Origin: Takakia lepidozioides
Lineage: Eukaryota; Plantae; Bryophyta
Direction: 5' to 3'
Length of the DNA: 64,000 nt
NCBI GenBank assembly: GCA_030704615.1
Contig: CM060732.1
Span: forward strand, 8,122,001-8,186,000
This document shows, piece after piece, positions 1 to 13,797 of this stretch; the first letter of the stretch is position 1; every line of letters starts with the position of its first letter. The translations under genes were made by a program, and so were the position numbers. The notes under the pieces are model-generated. The model was not told the DNA's origin. It ran no database searches and was given only the letters and a program-made list of their open reading frames with translations.

Positions 1-250
1 GAAGAATGAGTATCTTGTGGAGGCTCGCACCCACGTTTGAACATCAATACCACAATGCTTGTCCTAAATGATACTTTCACCTAGTTTGATATTAGAGGGG
101 TATTGAACAAATTCTGTTTGTAGACTCCGGTTTGGGCATTGAAGCAGAGAAGGATAAAGTCTGTTTGGCTGGGTACTACAAGAAATCGGAGTCATCTTCA
201 TTAATTTCGTTTTTGGATTCACTTGAAGCCTGCGTCAATTTTTGCTGTAG

Positions 251-3200
251 ACTGAGATAGCAAGCGAGGAGGAAGCTGCCCTTTCAAATAGGCGTGGGCC
301 AGGGCGTGGGATTGATACTTCTGTCACAGAGCGAGAGGCCAAGAAACGGGAGAAGAGGGAGACAATTTCTGCTCAAGCAGCAGAGTTTGCAAAGCAAGAA
401 GCTTTGAAAGATGACCAGAATGCTTTTTCTGTAGTGATTGGGACACGGACCTCAGCGGAAGGTATCCAGTTCCACAACCCCCACTCATTGCTGAGCCTTC
501 GTTGTAAAGAGGAATGTAGTTGGTAAGAGGCGAAAAGACATGATTCTAAGCCCTAGTTAGCTTGTTATCTGCAGAGAAATTGATATCCATGTTACATCAG
601 GGAGAGCGAGAAAGAGAGAGCGTTGCCATGTTGCATACTACGGCTGCACTCACAACAGTTGTATGTTAGACTTCCAAGAGAAAGGGTAGGGTGAGGGAGA
701 GGAGGCCATGGAACTTAGTGACTAGGTTGTATCAGAGTTTCAAGCCCCATGCTGTTGCTGAGTGAGCTCCAGTTTCTACTGAACAATCAAACTTTGACCT
801 GTCTTAGTGTGCAAATAAACACTGCGAAGGAGCTACACTAACAAAGGATTCTGTGTGTACTTGAAGGTGAGGATGCGGCTGATGCGAATGTCAAGGATAT
901 CAAAATTGACAGCTTCTCAGTGTCTGCCCGTGGCAAGGAGCTGCTGAAAAATACTTCTCTTACCATCGTGCATGGCCGGCGGTATGGATTAGTAGGGCCC
1001 AATGGAAAAGGCAAGTCAACTTTGCTTAAATTGCTGGCATGGCGCCAGATTCCAGTACCTAAGAATATTGATGTGTTGCTAGTTGAGCAAGAAGTTGTAG
1101 GGGATGACCGAATGGCACTTCAGGCAGTTGTTGCTGCCGATGAGGAGTTGATGCGATTGAGGGAGGAGGTTGTGCATTTGCAAGACCTTACCCTGAAGGA
1201 GGAGGATGATTTGGAAAAGGATGATGAAGCTGCTGATGCTGCGGAACAACTTACAGCTGTCTATGAGAAGTTGCAAGCGATGGGAGGAGATGCTGCCGAA
1301 TCACGGGCCTCTAAAATTCTGGTGGGATTGGGTTTTACTAAGGATATGCAGGTAAGGAGTCTCAGTCTCTATACTTGTTGTTTGCTGTATTACATCTTAA
1401 TCCAGTTGTAGATAGTTCCACTGGTAGCTGGACACCTGGTTGGTGTTGATGCTTGCAAAGTAGGGGGACCTGCCTCTCATGCTATAGTTTTGGGAACAAC
1501 AGAGGAGGTGTAAGTCAGCTGGGTAAATTCTTGTTCCTCAAGGAGTCTCTGTGAGGGGCAGTGTTGATTGGTACTTGATTCCCATGTCAAGATTATGGTC
1601 TTTGAGAGAGCCCTTGCCCTGTGTCCCTCTCAATATTATATCTGCACCCTCTACCAGGAACTGATGAAGTCCGTGGGGAGTTATCACAGCGGGTCACTGT
1701 TATGCAGGATATAGTTGATTTGTCTGAACTCTTAGATTGACTCTCGAAGTTATGAGACAACATTCTTTCCGGTTTTCTTCCTTTTCTATCTTCCAAGTGG
1801 GCTGTCCTGGATACTTGGTGCTGGTGCTGGTGTTTCCATCTTTGAAAGCTCTTCTTTATCCTGGATGTGACTATTTGGATACCTCTCAACTATGAGTTCA
1901 GAGTTACTAGGCTCTTTTTTTTTTATATCTGAATGCAGGGTAGGTCAACAAAGTCTTTCAGTGGGGGCTGGCGCATGCGTATCTCACTGGCACGTGCTCT
2001 GTTCGTCCAACCTACACTATTGCTTCTGGATGAGCCAACCAATCACTTGGACTTGCGAGCAGTAATATGGCTGGAAGAGTACCTGATGCGATGGAAGAAG
2101 ACCTTAATTGTTGTCTCCCATGACCGTGAATTTTTGAATTCAGTTTCCACTGACATCATCCACTTGCACGACGAGAAACTGCACTTTTACAAAGGAAATT
2201 TTGCAGCATTCGAAGAGATGTACGAGCAGAAACGCAGGTACTGTTTTGCTGTTCATTTGGCCAGGACCACATTCAACGTGATATAGCTGTATTCTCTCGA
2301 ATTCTAGAGTCTGCAATGGCCACAATTGTTACTTGAAAGGCAGGCGCTATATGGAATTTTATTTTTGTTGAATTGCTATAACATATTGGTAGTGTGTTGC
2401 TGAGGTGGGGGGTTGGTGGGCAACTTATTCTAAGTCACTCCTCTCCTCTGAATGCCTGATCACGCTTTTAATTGCAATTATTCACTTTGAGATGGGGGGT
2501 CGGTACCCTTTTGAGAAGTATGTGACAGTATGGTGGACCGGATGTTGTCTGATACTCAAAAGAAAGAACTGTCTTTTTCTTTTTTTCCTTAGTCGACAAG
2601 CCCTCTACCCAACAGGAGTTCCACCTTCCAGAATCTTCCCCCATACTGTTTCTATGTTTCTCTTATTCCTTTTTCTAAACTAGAGGATTTCAACCGCAGG
2701 GAAAACAATAAAAAGTATGATGTCTATGAGAAGCAGTTAAAGGCTGCGAAACGAAGTGGCAGCAAGGCTCAGCAAGATAAGGTTAAAGACCGTGCAAGAG
2801 CTGCTGCTGGAAAGGATGCAAAATCCAAGGGCAAATCCAAAGTAGTTGATGCCGATGATGACTCTACTACTGAGGCTCCCAGGAAGTGGCGAGACTACAG
2901 CGTGGAGTTCCACTTTCCAGAGCCAACTGAGCTGACACCTCCTCTCTTACAGTTGATCGATGTTGGGTTCCGTTACCCAGGTCGTGACGATTTCAGCCTG
3001 GATGGCATTGATGTCGGAGTGGACATGGGTACAAGGGTTGCAATAGTGGGTCCTAACGGGGCTGGAAAGTCTACCCTGTTGAATCTGTTGGCTGGAGACT
3101 TGAAGCCCACAGAAGGGCAGTCAAGACAGAGTCAAAAACTCAGGGTTGGTCGATACTCACAGCACTTTGTGGATTTGTTGACGATGGATGAAACTGCAGT

Positions 3201-3633
3201 CCAGTATCTGTTGCGTCTTCACCCTGATCAAGAGGGACCTAGCAAGCAAGAGGCAGTACGTGCCAAGCTGGGGAAGTTTGGGCTTCCCAGTCATAACCAC
3301 CTAACCCCAATTGTCAAGCTCTCAGGGGGTCAGAAAGCTCGAGTAGTCTTTACTTCCATTTCCATGGCCCGGCCACACATCTTGCTGCTTGATGAACCTA
3401 CAAATCATCTTGACATGCAAAGTATTGATGCACTAGCTGATGCACTGGATGAGTTCACTGGAGGGGTTGTGTTGGTGAGTCACGACGCTCGCTTGATTTC
3501 ACGTGTGTGTGAAGACGAGGAGAAAAGTGAGATATGGGTGGTGGAGGATGGCACAGTTAGGAAGTACCCAGGCAGCTTTGATGAGTACAAGACTGAGCTC
3601 ATCAAGGAGATTGTAGCAGAGGTTGAAGAGTAG
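251..3633 (+). CDS. ABCF4: ABC transporter F family protein (ABCF4/GCN4-like), 5'-partial; exons 251-461, 867-1351, 1939-2237, 2700-3633
   Basis: Two ABC ATPase domains ([26 protein letters not shown] and [25 protein letters not shown]) and no TM domain. GT-AG introns join the exons in frame. N-terminal [13 protein letters not shown]...[19 protein letters not shown] resembles plant ABCF4. Confidence 0.93.
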
Positions 3634-4615
3634 GTATATTAGAGTTTCCTTCATTATGCAATTATTCAATGGTCTTTAAAATAGTACATCTTATGGAGCC
3701 GTCCCATGTATGATTTCTCTTTGGGTTAAATGAAGTCACTGGCTCTTAAGTATGATTTGAGGACTTCTAACTGGATCCATTGGGACCAGGTTATATAGTG
3801 TGTCTTAGGAAGTTTGGGCTGTAGCTGTAGATCTCCTCTTAGACTTTAAACCACAATTGCCACAAGGGTTGCAGGTCATGTGCACCGGTTTCCTGCAGGA
3901 ATAACCTGTCTGGGGGTTCAGTTTTTTGTGTGGGTCTGTAGTTTCTGTCTTGGCTCTGGGCATGTGTGATGCTTTTGTTAGTTAATGTGAAGGTAGCAGA
4001 TTCAGACAATCCATGGTGACAAGCAAGTACTACACAATTACTCTTTGAGTTCAAGCTTTTATTCTAGAATCTAGAGCCTGTATCATCCCACACACAAGCC
4101 CCAGCACACACACCGAGGTGGTGATCAAGAGCACCCCAGAACAATAGTCATGGCCATGTCTCTCCATAAAGAATCTTGCCTTAATGCACAGTTTTCTCCA
4201 TGCCTCATGGAATAGTAGCCGGTGTAGTTCTAGGAGATGAAGGTATCACACAAAGAAGACTACCTTGATATCTTTTGATCTACTCTCTCACAGAGCCAGA
4301 GACAAGAAAGTAGAAAAGATCACTTACAGACTGCTTTTAGTGAAGCTAAAAGACAGCATTGGTCAAAGGCCACGGATATCAACCCTAGATTTCTTCCTTC
4401 ATCGAGCGTCTATATTAATTGCAGTACTAGCTGATGGTTTTTGTTCTTGATGTTGGGTGTCTGGGAAATGGGAGATCGCTGATCCCAGCCTGGAATTGGG
4501 TGTTGAAGCAACGGGTGCCTCTGTCACAGAGTTCTCTCTGCGCTGGTCTGAGCTAAGTCGCAAAACAACAAGGCAGCAATAATCTGTAGAAAGTGGGGAA
4601 GCGGGGAGCGACGTG

Positions 4616-7600
4616 ATGGAAAAAGTATTACGTCGTTTATTATGTCAGAGCTCGAATTCTATGAGTAGATTGCAGAGCTGGAGATGTGTTATATCCCCAA
4701 ACGAAGCATTCCCCGCCTCTCCCTTCTTCGGTTCGGCTATGTTGTGCGGACGATTTTCTACGTGAGTTTCATCTGATTTGTTGTTCGGCATCCAGTTCTT
4801 TCCTGGTTTTTACTGAACGATCCATCTGCTGGTTACCCTGTATTAGGATGTACCTGCAGCCATGGGAATGAGTGGGGTTGACTGTTGAAATTTTGGTGCT
4901 AGAGTGCGCCTATGAAGGGACGCCTCTACAGAGAAGATCCAATGATAGGCCATGGTTGCGGCTCACCTACTTCAGCGTGGGCCTGGTTTATACATAATTA
5001 CCAATTAGGTTAAACTCGCCCCCAGGACCTGTCAATAGTTCCCAGCAGATACGTTCTGGAAATTTTCAGTTTGAGGTCTAGTTACCTAATTATCAGACAT
5101 GGTAATAAGTGCTGTGCAGGATAGTATGCACAGACATTGCTTCCTGAACATTTCGGAATATTGTGGGCCATGGGGAGAGAGTTGAGTGTGTTTAAAACCA
5201 TCACAGTGGGCAGAACATTCTGATTGAGATGTAAGACCCCTTACACACTGAAGGTAAGGCGCTGGTACACAGCTACCTAATTTTGTGGAGTGACATGATT
5301 ATCAATGCCACATAGGCACACCAAATAGCAGTTTTAAGTTGTCATGGAGGGGTTTGGAGGTGAATGAGTTAGCAGGAGGTGAATCGATTGTTCGCGACGA
5401 GGTATGTTATGTGGTTCTATGCTGCAGATCTGTACAAGCAGATACTACAGGGGAGATGGAGTTCTCAACCCCGCTCACCACTGCCCCTCCACCAGGCTAG
5501 TATTAATTTGTATTTGGGCATGTGGGGGAAGGAGGTCCACTTTTCTGTGTGAACTGTCGCAGCACCATTTTTTGATCCCTCTGGGAGTTCTTAGAGATAT
5601 TGTTGATTCTTATACCTTATGGCTTGTTCTTGCAGCTAGATCAATGAGATAGGGCATGATGCCAGAATAAAGTTGGTATCATAAGGGCTGTGCTGTTTAG
5701 CACCTGCACTTCCCCTATAATGAGTGATGCTTATTTGTAATGATTGGACATGTCCCATTCCAGAGGAGGTGGGAGTGGAGGTGCTGACACCTGCAAAGGT
5801 GGTTGAGATGCTGGACCGTTACATTGTGGGTCAACGGGAAGCAAAACGGGCAGTCGCTGTGGCACTGCGTATGCGCTCACCAGCCTCTTGTCTGACCTGC
5901 TTCACAAACCGGTGGGCTAATGGCTGTGTAGGTCTTTGTCTATGGTGACATCTATGTAAAGTTCACTAAAACCATGGAAAAGTATTATGGTCTGGTTCCT
6001 TTTGGGTAGCATGGAAAACTGACTGAGAGCTGTTGCAGTATAGAGCGCTGTGGCAATGCATATCTTGTTTGACCTGCTTGTTAAACCGGAAGGCCAACTG
6101 TGTAGGTTCTTGTCTACTGGGCGTAAATGTAGTATCTAATAACCATAGGACCAAAGCTCCGGTTCTTTCTGGGTAGGATGCAATTGGGTCAAGACACACA
6201 CCTGTTGCAGTGTGAAGTCGCAGTTGTTCTTGTTCTAAAAGTCAGAATTTACTCTTGTGTTTCTCCCTCTTTCCTCTGCCTAAACACGTGTTCTCCTTAA
6301 TTGCTGCCCTCCACATTTCCCAGTTCCTTCACCTCTGCTGAGAGAGATGTCTGGGCTGGCTTTCCCTGTTGTTGCAGGAAATAGGTGGCGCCGCCATCGT
6401 ATCCCAGAGTCATTAAGGATGGAGATTGTGCCTAAGAACATTCTCATGATTGGGCCGACAGGTTGTGGCAAGACCGAAATTGCTCGGCGACTCGCAAAAT
6501 TAGCATATGCACCTTTTGTCAAGGTAGAGCGCTGATGCCTACATGTCATGTGCGGGTATGGATGTCATGCAGTTATGAATTGAATACTTCATGCCTTGGC
6601 AAACAGAACAATATGCTAATGAGACTATAACAAACCTGCATCAGAGGGCATTTGTGAACATGGTAGATGGTTTGTGTACAGCACCTGTTAACCTGATTTG
6701 ACAGAGAGAGAGCTGAAAAGTTCAGGAAAACTTAGGAGAAACATTGCATGACAGAGTGTTTCCGGAAACGAAGTTTTCAGAGAAATCGTCACGTTTGGAG
6801 GCTCTGAAGCTAGAACTTATCCATATGGCGTTCAATTTTTATTCAAGTGCTAGGAGGGCGGTGGTGCAGGTGGAGGCAACCAAGTTCACTGAAGTTGGGT
6901 TTCATGGCCGTGATGTTGACCAGATCATCAGAGATCTGGTCGAAAATGCAATTTCTCTGCAACGGCAGAAGGTTGGACTTGACAAAAGCTCTTTTGTTGG
7001 AAGAATCCAATCCTGGATACAGTTTTTCCATTGTTTATGATACTAAATAATTTTGTGCGTCCGTTGATTTTGCCTTGTGGTTTGGTAGCTGAAGGCCGGG
7101 ATGGTGTCTGACCAGGTACGGGCGAGGCTAGTAAAAGAAGTGGAAAGGATTGTGGAGAATCGAATCATTGATATTGTTGTTGGTCGGCAGCAGCCCATGG
7201 AGGTTGGTTGTTACCTTGACCTCATTGGCTCCCACTTGAGAGACTTCAACATTCAGTATTGTATGAGTACCAGTAGTTTCAGCATTCTGATGATGATGTC
7301 CTTGTCTGTGTGAACAGGGGGAGAGCACAGTGGTGGGTACTCGGGACAATACAGAAGTGTTTCGGAAATTGTATCGTGAGGGTGCCCTAGACAACCGTAA
7401 GATTCAGCTGGATGTGCCTGATGGAAGAGCTCGCCTCCCTGTTGACATCGTGAGCGGAGGTGGCCTTGCAGTCAATGAGCTCATCTACCGGGTATATTTT
7501 TAGCACAAGTTGCTTGATAGATGTGCTTAACCATCTGCATAAAGCGTCTCGGTGAGGCAAGCTCTAAGCCTTCCTGTCTAAGATTTTGTCTTGTCCTGAG

Positions 7601-10266
7601 TTCTACTCACGGACTTACATCCATTTGCTTCTCCTCCTGTTTATTAACTCTGGTGTAGCTATCGTTGTTGCTTGCTCATATTCTTTGCATTTAGTGTTTT
7701 TTGCTTTCAATGCAAGCACTGTGTACGAGCAGGGTCTTTTATCTGGCTGCATGGCTTGTGATTTTATAAAATTGCTCCTTCTAACTTATGACAGGATGTA
7801 GTGTGAAGGTTTTTTGCATTTATGTGCCTGCTATTTAAAAGAGCACCTCATTAGTTTCCCGATGAGCATTGGGAGAGGGTCCTATGGGTGGCAGTGGACT
7901 CGTTGCATTTGGCCGTCCAGTACATTCTTAGTTATCACCCTCTTTGATGTCAGATATCAAGGGATACACTCTGCCATTTCAAGTGGCCGGAACAGGTTGT
8001 GTCATATTCAGTTGCTCTGATCATTCAATCGCTGGCCTTCAAGTGCAACCTTTTTTATTGTGGATGGGGTTCTATGGGGTAGATGGAGAAAGTATTCAAG
8101 TCCCAGAAAATGGAAAGGATGGAGATCGCCATCTCTGAGGCAAGGCCACTTCTCACAGAGATGGAAATGGAGAAACATCTGAATTCAGATCTGATTACTA
8201 AAGTTGCAATCCAGGTCAGGAGATTCCCCGTGGTTATTGATCTGCAAAATTGGAGGACTACAGTAGTGGGCGATTGGGTTTGACATCACAGATTTGGATT
8301 TCACACAAAATAGTGGTTTGCATATGTTTGTGAGAGGGAGAGAGATGAGAGCACTCTGGTTCAGTTCTCATTCTTAATAGATTTTCAGCTGGACCAATCT
8401 CGCTTCACCTGACCACTTTGATTGTAGCCATTGTTGCGTGAACAGTTGGCAGAGTCAGATGGGATTGTGTTCATTGACGAGATTGACAAGATTGTCACCA
8501 GCCATGAGACGAGGCATGGCGCTGATGCAAGCTCAGAAGGAGTACAGCGAGATCTGCTACCTATCATTGAGGGCAGGTTCGCTAATATCGGATGCCTTCC
8601 CATAGCCTGGGAAAGGCATCCTACCTTTCATATTGCAGTAGACATTCTCCGTTTGATTTTCATGAGTAAATTTGAAGACCACAAATGTTTTATTTCCTGC
8701 TTGCAGGTCTCATTAGCTATTGGCTCTCCCTATTTTTGTCCTAGCTAGGTCCACTTTTTTCTGATGCAAGTGGTGGGAACATTGTTGATGCAGTATGGTG
8801 AGCACCAAATATGGCAATGTCAATACAGATCATATTCTTTTCATTTGTAGTGGTGCCTTCCATTCCTGTAAACCGAGTGATATGCTGGCGGAATTGCAAG
8901 GGCGGTTGCCCATTCGCGTTGAGCTGAAAGGCCTCACCCGCGAGGTAAAGCTTTGCAATGAGAGATTCCTTGTTTGTTTGGCCTTCTATGATTGTATGGT
9001 GACTATCATCTCCTCTGCACTGTACCTCCTTTTCTCTCTCCAATCCATTTTCTGATTTATTGTCTGGGATACTCTCACCAGCGAGTCACCCTCTTCAGGC
9101 CAGTCAAGAACAATGTTCCTGCACCTCTGTTCACCAACGTTCGAAAGTCTTGAGGCTGAGCCTAAAGCCCTGGCCCTGTTGAGGTCTAATTGCTGGGCAG
9201 CTCACACACAGCAGGTTGATGCTTGTGTGAAGGGCTTTCTAGAGGATATCTGGAAAATCTGACTAATTGTTTATATCAAGGTAAGTCACAATACTGGAGT
9301 GAGCCCCTCACAAAGGTGGTATCTGCTCCCTTTTGTTCCGCCCAAACTGGGCGCGGTCTGTGGCCACAAGGCTATGGCAAACAACTGCTTATGAGTACAT
9401 TCTCTCTCCAATGCAGTGACAGCCTGGGTTTAATGTGCAGGATCTGTATCGGATATTGACCGAGCCGGAGACCAATATGATAAAGCAGCAGCAGTTGCTA
9501 ATGAAGACCGAGGAAATTGATTTGATCTTCACAGACGACGCCATCAGGGAAATGGCTGCTGTGGCTGCTGAGGTACAAATAGGGCCTGCTCTATAAGTAT
9601 GCCTAGGTCCAGTGATCTCAAGTTGCCAATTGGATGTAATTTCTTCGTGGGTTAAGGGGTCTTATCAGTGGTTCCCTGGTGTTGCTCAACAGGTGAATCG
9701 AGCCGTGGACAATATTGGTGCCAGGAGACTCCATACGGTACGCCGGGTGAAATATTGGCCAAGATTTTGAATAAACGCCGTACCCAAGATTGGGCATGGT
9801 CCTTTTTATTTCTTGCAGAACAATGTGTGTTATGTTGGTGGTTAACAGATACCTGTGGGGGCTATTGACTGGCAGGTAATTGAGAGGGTGGTGGAGGATA
9901 TAAGCTTTCATGCCCCTGAAAGAGCAGGCGACACTCACACTATTGACAAAGAGGTTTTCTGAAACTGATATGCTAGCTTGGTCTTGATGTTGCTCGTAGG
10001 ACAGACCATTTGCAGTTCTTCTCAAAGTTGCACTTACGCATGATTGTCCTGTTTAGTATTTAAAAGGGTTGGGTGTGTTTCTGCATAACCCACCTGGCGT
10101 TAGTCAGGCATTGCAGACCCACAACTATTTGGGTGATCACTCTGTAGGTAGTACATGGGCTGGGATGTGGGAGCTTACATACCTCTTGGAATTGTGAATG
10201 CAGAAAGTGCGCGAAGCCGTTGGAGATCTTCTCCACAAAACTGATCTTTCAAAGTTTGTACTTTGA
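4616..10266 (+). CDS. hslU: ATP-dependent protease ATPase subunit HslU (ClpY), probably mitochondrial; about 14 exons (4616-4761, 5428-5495, 5764-5868, 6378-6523, 6870-6971, 7116-7202, 7318-7491, 8082-8213, 8446-8576, 8794-8944, 9441-9572, 9693-9737, 9876-9953, 10204-10266)
   Basis: [52 protein letters not shown] (Walker A), [60 protein letters not shown] and C-terminal DLSKFVL*. The first two exons (Arg/Ser-rich presequence-like) are less certain. Confidence 0.93.
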
Positions 10267-11799
10267 TGTTTTGAGTAGAGCTAAGGATAAGGCATGTCGT
10301 CTTGTATAGTAGCTGTGGACAAAGCCATGATGACTAGCTGTGAGGTTAGGCTGCTTGGACATCATTCTTCTCTTCCTCATCCTCTCTTTCAGTATTTATT
10401 TGGCAGTATCCCCTTTCCTAGTATTTAGAAATATCTGTTTGTACGAATTGTTGTCACCAAATTAGGATGTTAAATTCAATGTTTTTTTATTTTGTCCCTT
10501 ATACTGCGTTAAATTGGGATTCTGGTCATTTATTTAATTTGAGCCAATGGTGGCTTTCCAAGAGGTCTAATTTTAATTTTGAGTGGGAAGATAACTCAAG
10601 AGGTTCCAACCACTACTCAGCAGGAGCCTTGAGATAGGGCTGATTCAGAGCTGGGAGTCCAAAAATGGTGGGATGGAGGGAGGCTACCTGAGTTAAAAAA
10701 AAAGAGGGAAGGATAGTCTCTGGCTATTGGTTCTACAGGTTTAGGCTCTCTTCAGGGTGTGTCCCAACAGGTTGTTATTGCAAGCTGCAACTTTTTCCAA
10801 AGAAAAATGATTGAAGATTCTGGGGGCTGTATAATTGCAGGTTCAAGCTTAATGCTTGCAGCTCCTGAACATAAACCATACTGTCATGCCATTTCTCTGC
10901 ATCTAGAGTCTCTTCGTTCTGACATGCAAAAGCTCAGCATTAAGGAAATGACCAGCAAATGTATATAGGGTTGGAGCAATGCATGGGTCTCATTACAGTG
11001 ACAGCTTATAATCTGGAAGCTCCCAGCCGAGAAATGATGTTGCCAAAGCCAGAAAGGTGGGCATGACAGCTGACCACACTCCTTGAGATGAAGCTAATAC
11101 CACATAGGGGTCAGGGAGGGAGAACTTAACCTTAGTGTTGGCAGCTGCTCTTACCCATGTTTCAAACTGCAAGCTTGCTTCAAGGAGTCTCTTGAACCTT
11201 CCATCCTCCCCTGAGGTTAACAAAATTCAATTGTATGTATCCACAGCTTCAATCCTGCAGCTAAACCCTTTAACCAACCACCCTCAAGTCTTTCCTGATA
11301 CCCTTACTAACGACTAATTTTCAAATTCTCTACTTGTATCACAAATATCAATCTCGAGGATTCAACAACTGGTCCATCAAATATTATCTTGAAATAATAA
11401 GACCGAATAAATCAATCTCTTAATTGTTGTTGTTGTCGTTTGTTTTATTGGGCCCCTCCTTATCTACTACCCATATGATTAGTGGCTAGATCAATCCACC
11501 AGCTACTATCAGCACCCCCAAATTCCTGTACGGGGCGCTATATCAACAAGCGGCTAGTCGCGTAATGGCTCCACCCTAAAACTCTTAAGTACAAAATTTC
11601 CTTAAAATGTTATATTAAAATAAAATAATCACATATTTAAACTACATTTTAAACATGTTTTGCATGAGAGAAAAAATTATTTATTTATTTCTTCATAAAG
11701 CTGGCCCTGGTAGAAATTATTGATGTATGAATTAAATATTGTTGTATGATATTACAAAACTGATCTTCAGATTTACTAATCATTAAAATATTAAAATGC

Positions 11800-11960
11800 T
11801 TGTTGAAATACTAACTGAAATATTGAAATACTTGTGGAAAAACTAGCTGAGATTCTGAAATACTTGCTGAGAAACTCGCTGAAATACTGAAATACGGAAA
11901 TACTTGCTGAAAAACTCGCTGAAATATTGAAATACTGAAATTATGATGTACTGAAATATT
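11800..11960. repeat. AT-rich minisatellite of CTGAAATA(CTT/TT)G units
   Basis: Repeated ctgaaatattgaaatacttg / gctgaaatactgaaata units visible directly. Confidence 0.7.
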
Positions 11961-12352
11961 GCACTTCACATGCACGGCAACAGACAAGGGGAAACAGGAA
12001 CAGGGAAGAATGGGGCACTCACATCACCAAAATCTTCATCACCACAGTTGGCTTACCAGGAATAGTAAAAAGAAGAAAAGCAACTTCATTAAACTAAGAG
12101 AAAATAAATTAAATTAAACTGAGAGCAAGAAAGGAAGAATAGGAACAACGATTCTATATTGTCACTGGAAGATCAAAGCACTTAGGGGATGAAAACAAGG
12201 CAGAAAAGTGGGGGTGCCAACCATCAGCAAGAGATTCATGAAAAACTTGATAAATAGGTAGGAAGCCCAAAGGGACCAAACATGTTAGTACAGGACAGGG
12301 ACTCCTCGATCACTATGTATCTTGTTGACATACTCCCCTCAAGGACCTCATT

Positions 12353-12405
12353 GGGTACCGTAGCCGCAATTCATCTCCCGGTACCAACCGCAGCTCATTG
12401 TCCTC
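12353..12405 (-). pseudogene. UPF1: Isolated UPF1 exon fragment with its upstream splice acceptor
   Basis: The minus strand reads tttcag|EDNELRLVPGDELRLRYP, a conserved UPF1 segment (KE-NELRLVPGDELRLRY). Similarity stops abruptly after 18 codons. Confidence 0.75.
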
Positions 12406-12864
12406 CTGAAACAACAGATACCACAAACAACTAAGGTACATTAAATCATGCATTGCTCGCAACACTTCAGCCAAAGCAAACGTCTCATATGCCCCTGAGG
12501 CTCATGATTGCAGTGTCTAAGGACAGAGAGGTTAGAAGAGGAACAGTTGACCTAATGAGAAATTCAGGTCAGTGCTGACCTTTGGGAAGACAAAATATCC
12601 ATAAATTGGAAGCAGGATCGCTAGGGCTATCAAAAAGGCCAAGTCGTGGCGGAAGAGAGTAGAAGAGATTCTCAATGATCTGAACCTAAGCCCTTAGTCT
12701 TGACCTTGCTGGATAAATCCGACTTAGAGGCTATAATGTCCAAAGCCATGTCTGTTGATAGGACATTGTCCCCTGTGACAATATGGGAGAGGCCATCATG
12801 GATGGCCTCAAGGGTTTATCCACCCTCGGCACTAGACTGAAAACTAAACTTAGGGCAGGAGCCT

Positions 12865-12998
12865 ACCTTTGAACAACACATGGCTGTCCATCTCGGTATT
12901 GGAGCACCCTGGCACCTTTCTTACACCTTTGGCCTGCATCATTTCCCTCACATTTGCTGCGTCAGCCCACTTGCCAGCAGCAGCGTAGATGTTGATAG
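12865..12998 (-). pseudogene. PLS-class PPR gene fragment, E/E+ domain
   Basis: INIYAAAGKWADAANVREMMQAKGVRKVPGCSNTEMDSHV matches the E-motif pattern NIYAAAGKW...M...GVKK.PGCS.IE. Confidence 0.85.
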
Positions 12999-13031
12999 TA
13001 GCACGTAAGTTGCAGCATATAAAGGCGACAC

Positions 13032-13380
13032 TATGCCTGAACGAGATGTGGTGTCGTGGAACACGATGCTTGCAGGGTATGCACAACAGGGACGTGGGAT
13101 GGAGGCTTTGGAGATCTATGATCAAATGATGGGGGAAGGGGTGAAGCCCGACCACATCACGTTCGTGTGCATTTGCAAGCCTGGCAGCTCTGGAAAACGG
13201 CAAAGAGGTCCATGGTGACATTGTCAAAGCTAGAATTGTACCCAATGTCATTCTGAACAATACCATCGTGGACATTTATGCCAAATGTGGGTGCATCGAG
13301 GATGCAAATGGAGTGTTTGACAATATGATCGAACGAGATGTGGTGTCCCTGGAACGGGAAGATCGCAGGATATACCCAGC
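13032..13380 (+). pseudogene. PLS-class PPR repeat fragment, frameshifted
   Basis: MPERDVVSWNTMLAGYAQQGRGMEALEIYDQMMGEGVKPDHITFV, then after a frameshift VHGDIVK...NTIVDIYAKCGCIEDANGVFDNMIERDVVS. Confidence 0.88.
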
Positions 13381-13797
13381 ATGGTTGTCATAGGGACTAT
13401 GATGATGGATCTTAGAATGCAGATGTTCTCATGTAAAGGCATGATGTTATTTTGGTTCTAGTCCATACTACTAAGTTCTGGAAAATCGAATCCAGGCTTA
13501 AGAATGTCTATAACATACAAAACTGGTATGCTCAAATGACTCTTTGCTTAAAAAGACACTTGATACAAGTTTGTATGGGTAAGTAAGACACTAAAAAAAA
13601 TTCTTACTTCAACTGTTTGAGACTCAAGGGCAGGAACCTATGGTGATGGATTTCTTAGACACCTACCTTGTTTTGCAAGCTATTAACATAGGTATATTTG
13701 TATGTCTTTATACCACTCCATCTCCTAGAGTTCACATCAACAGTCACCCAAACATATTCGGCCAGCTGCTTCTTCCCAATCTCAGACCCTCATAGCT

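Noticed and set aside
10759-11317. Short ORFs downstream of hslU
   Set aside because: No recognisable motif or consistent exon chain.
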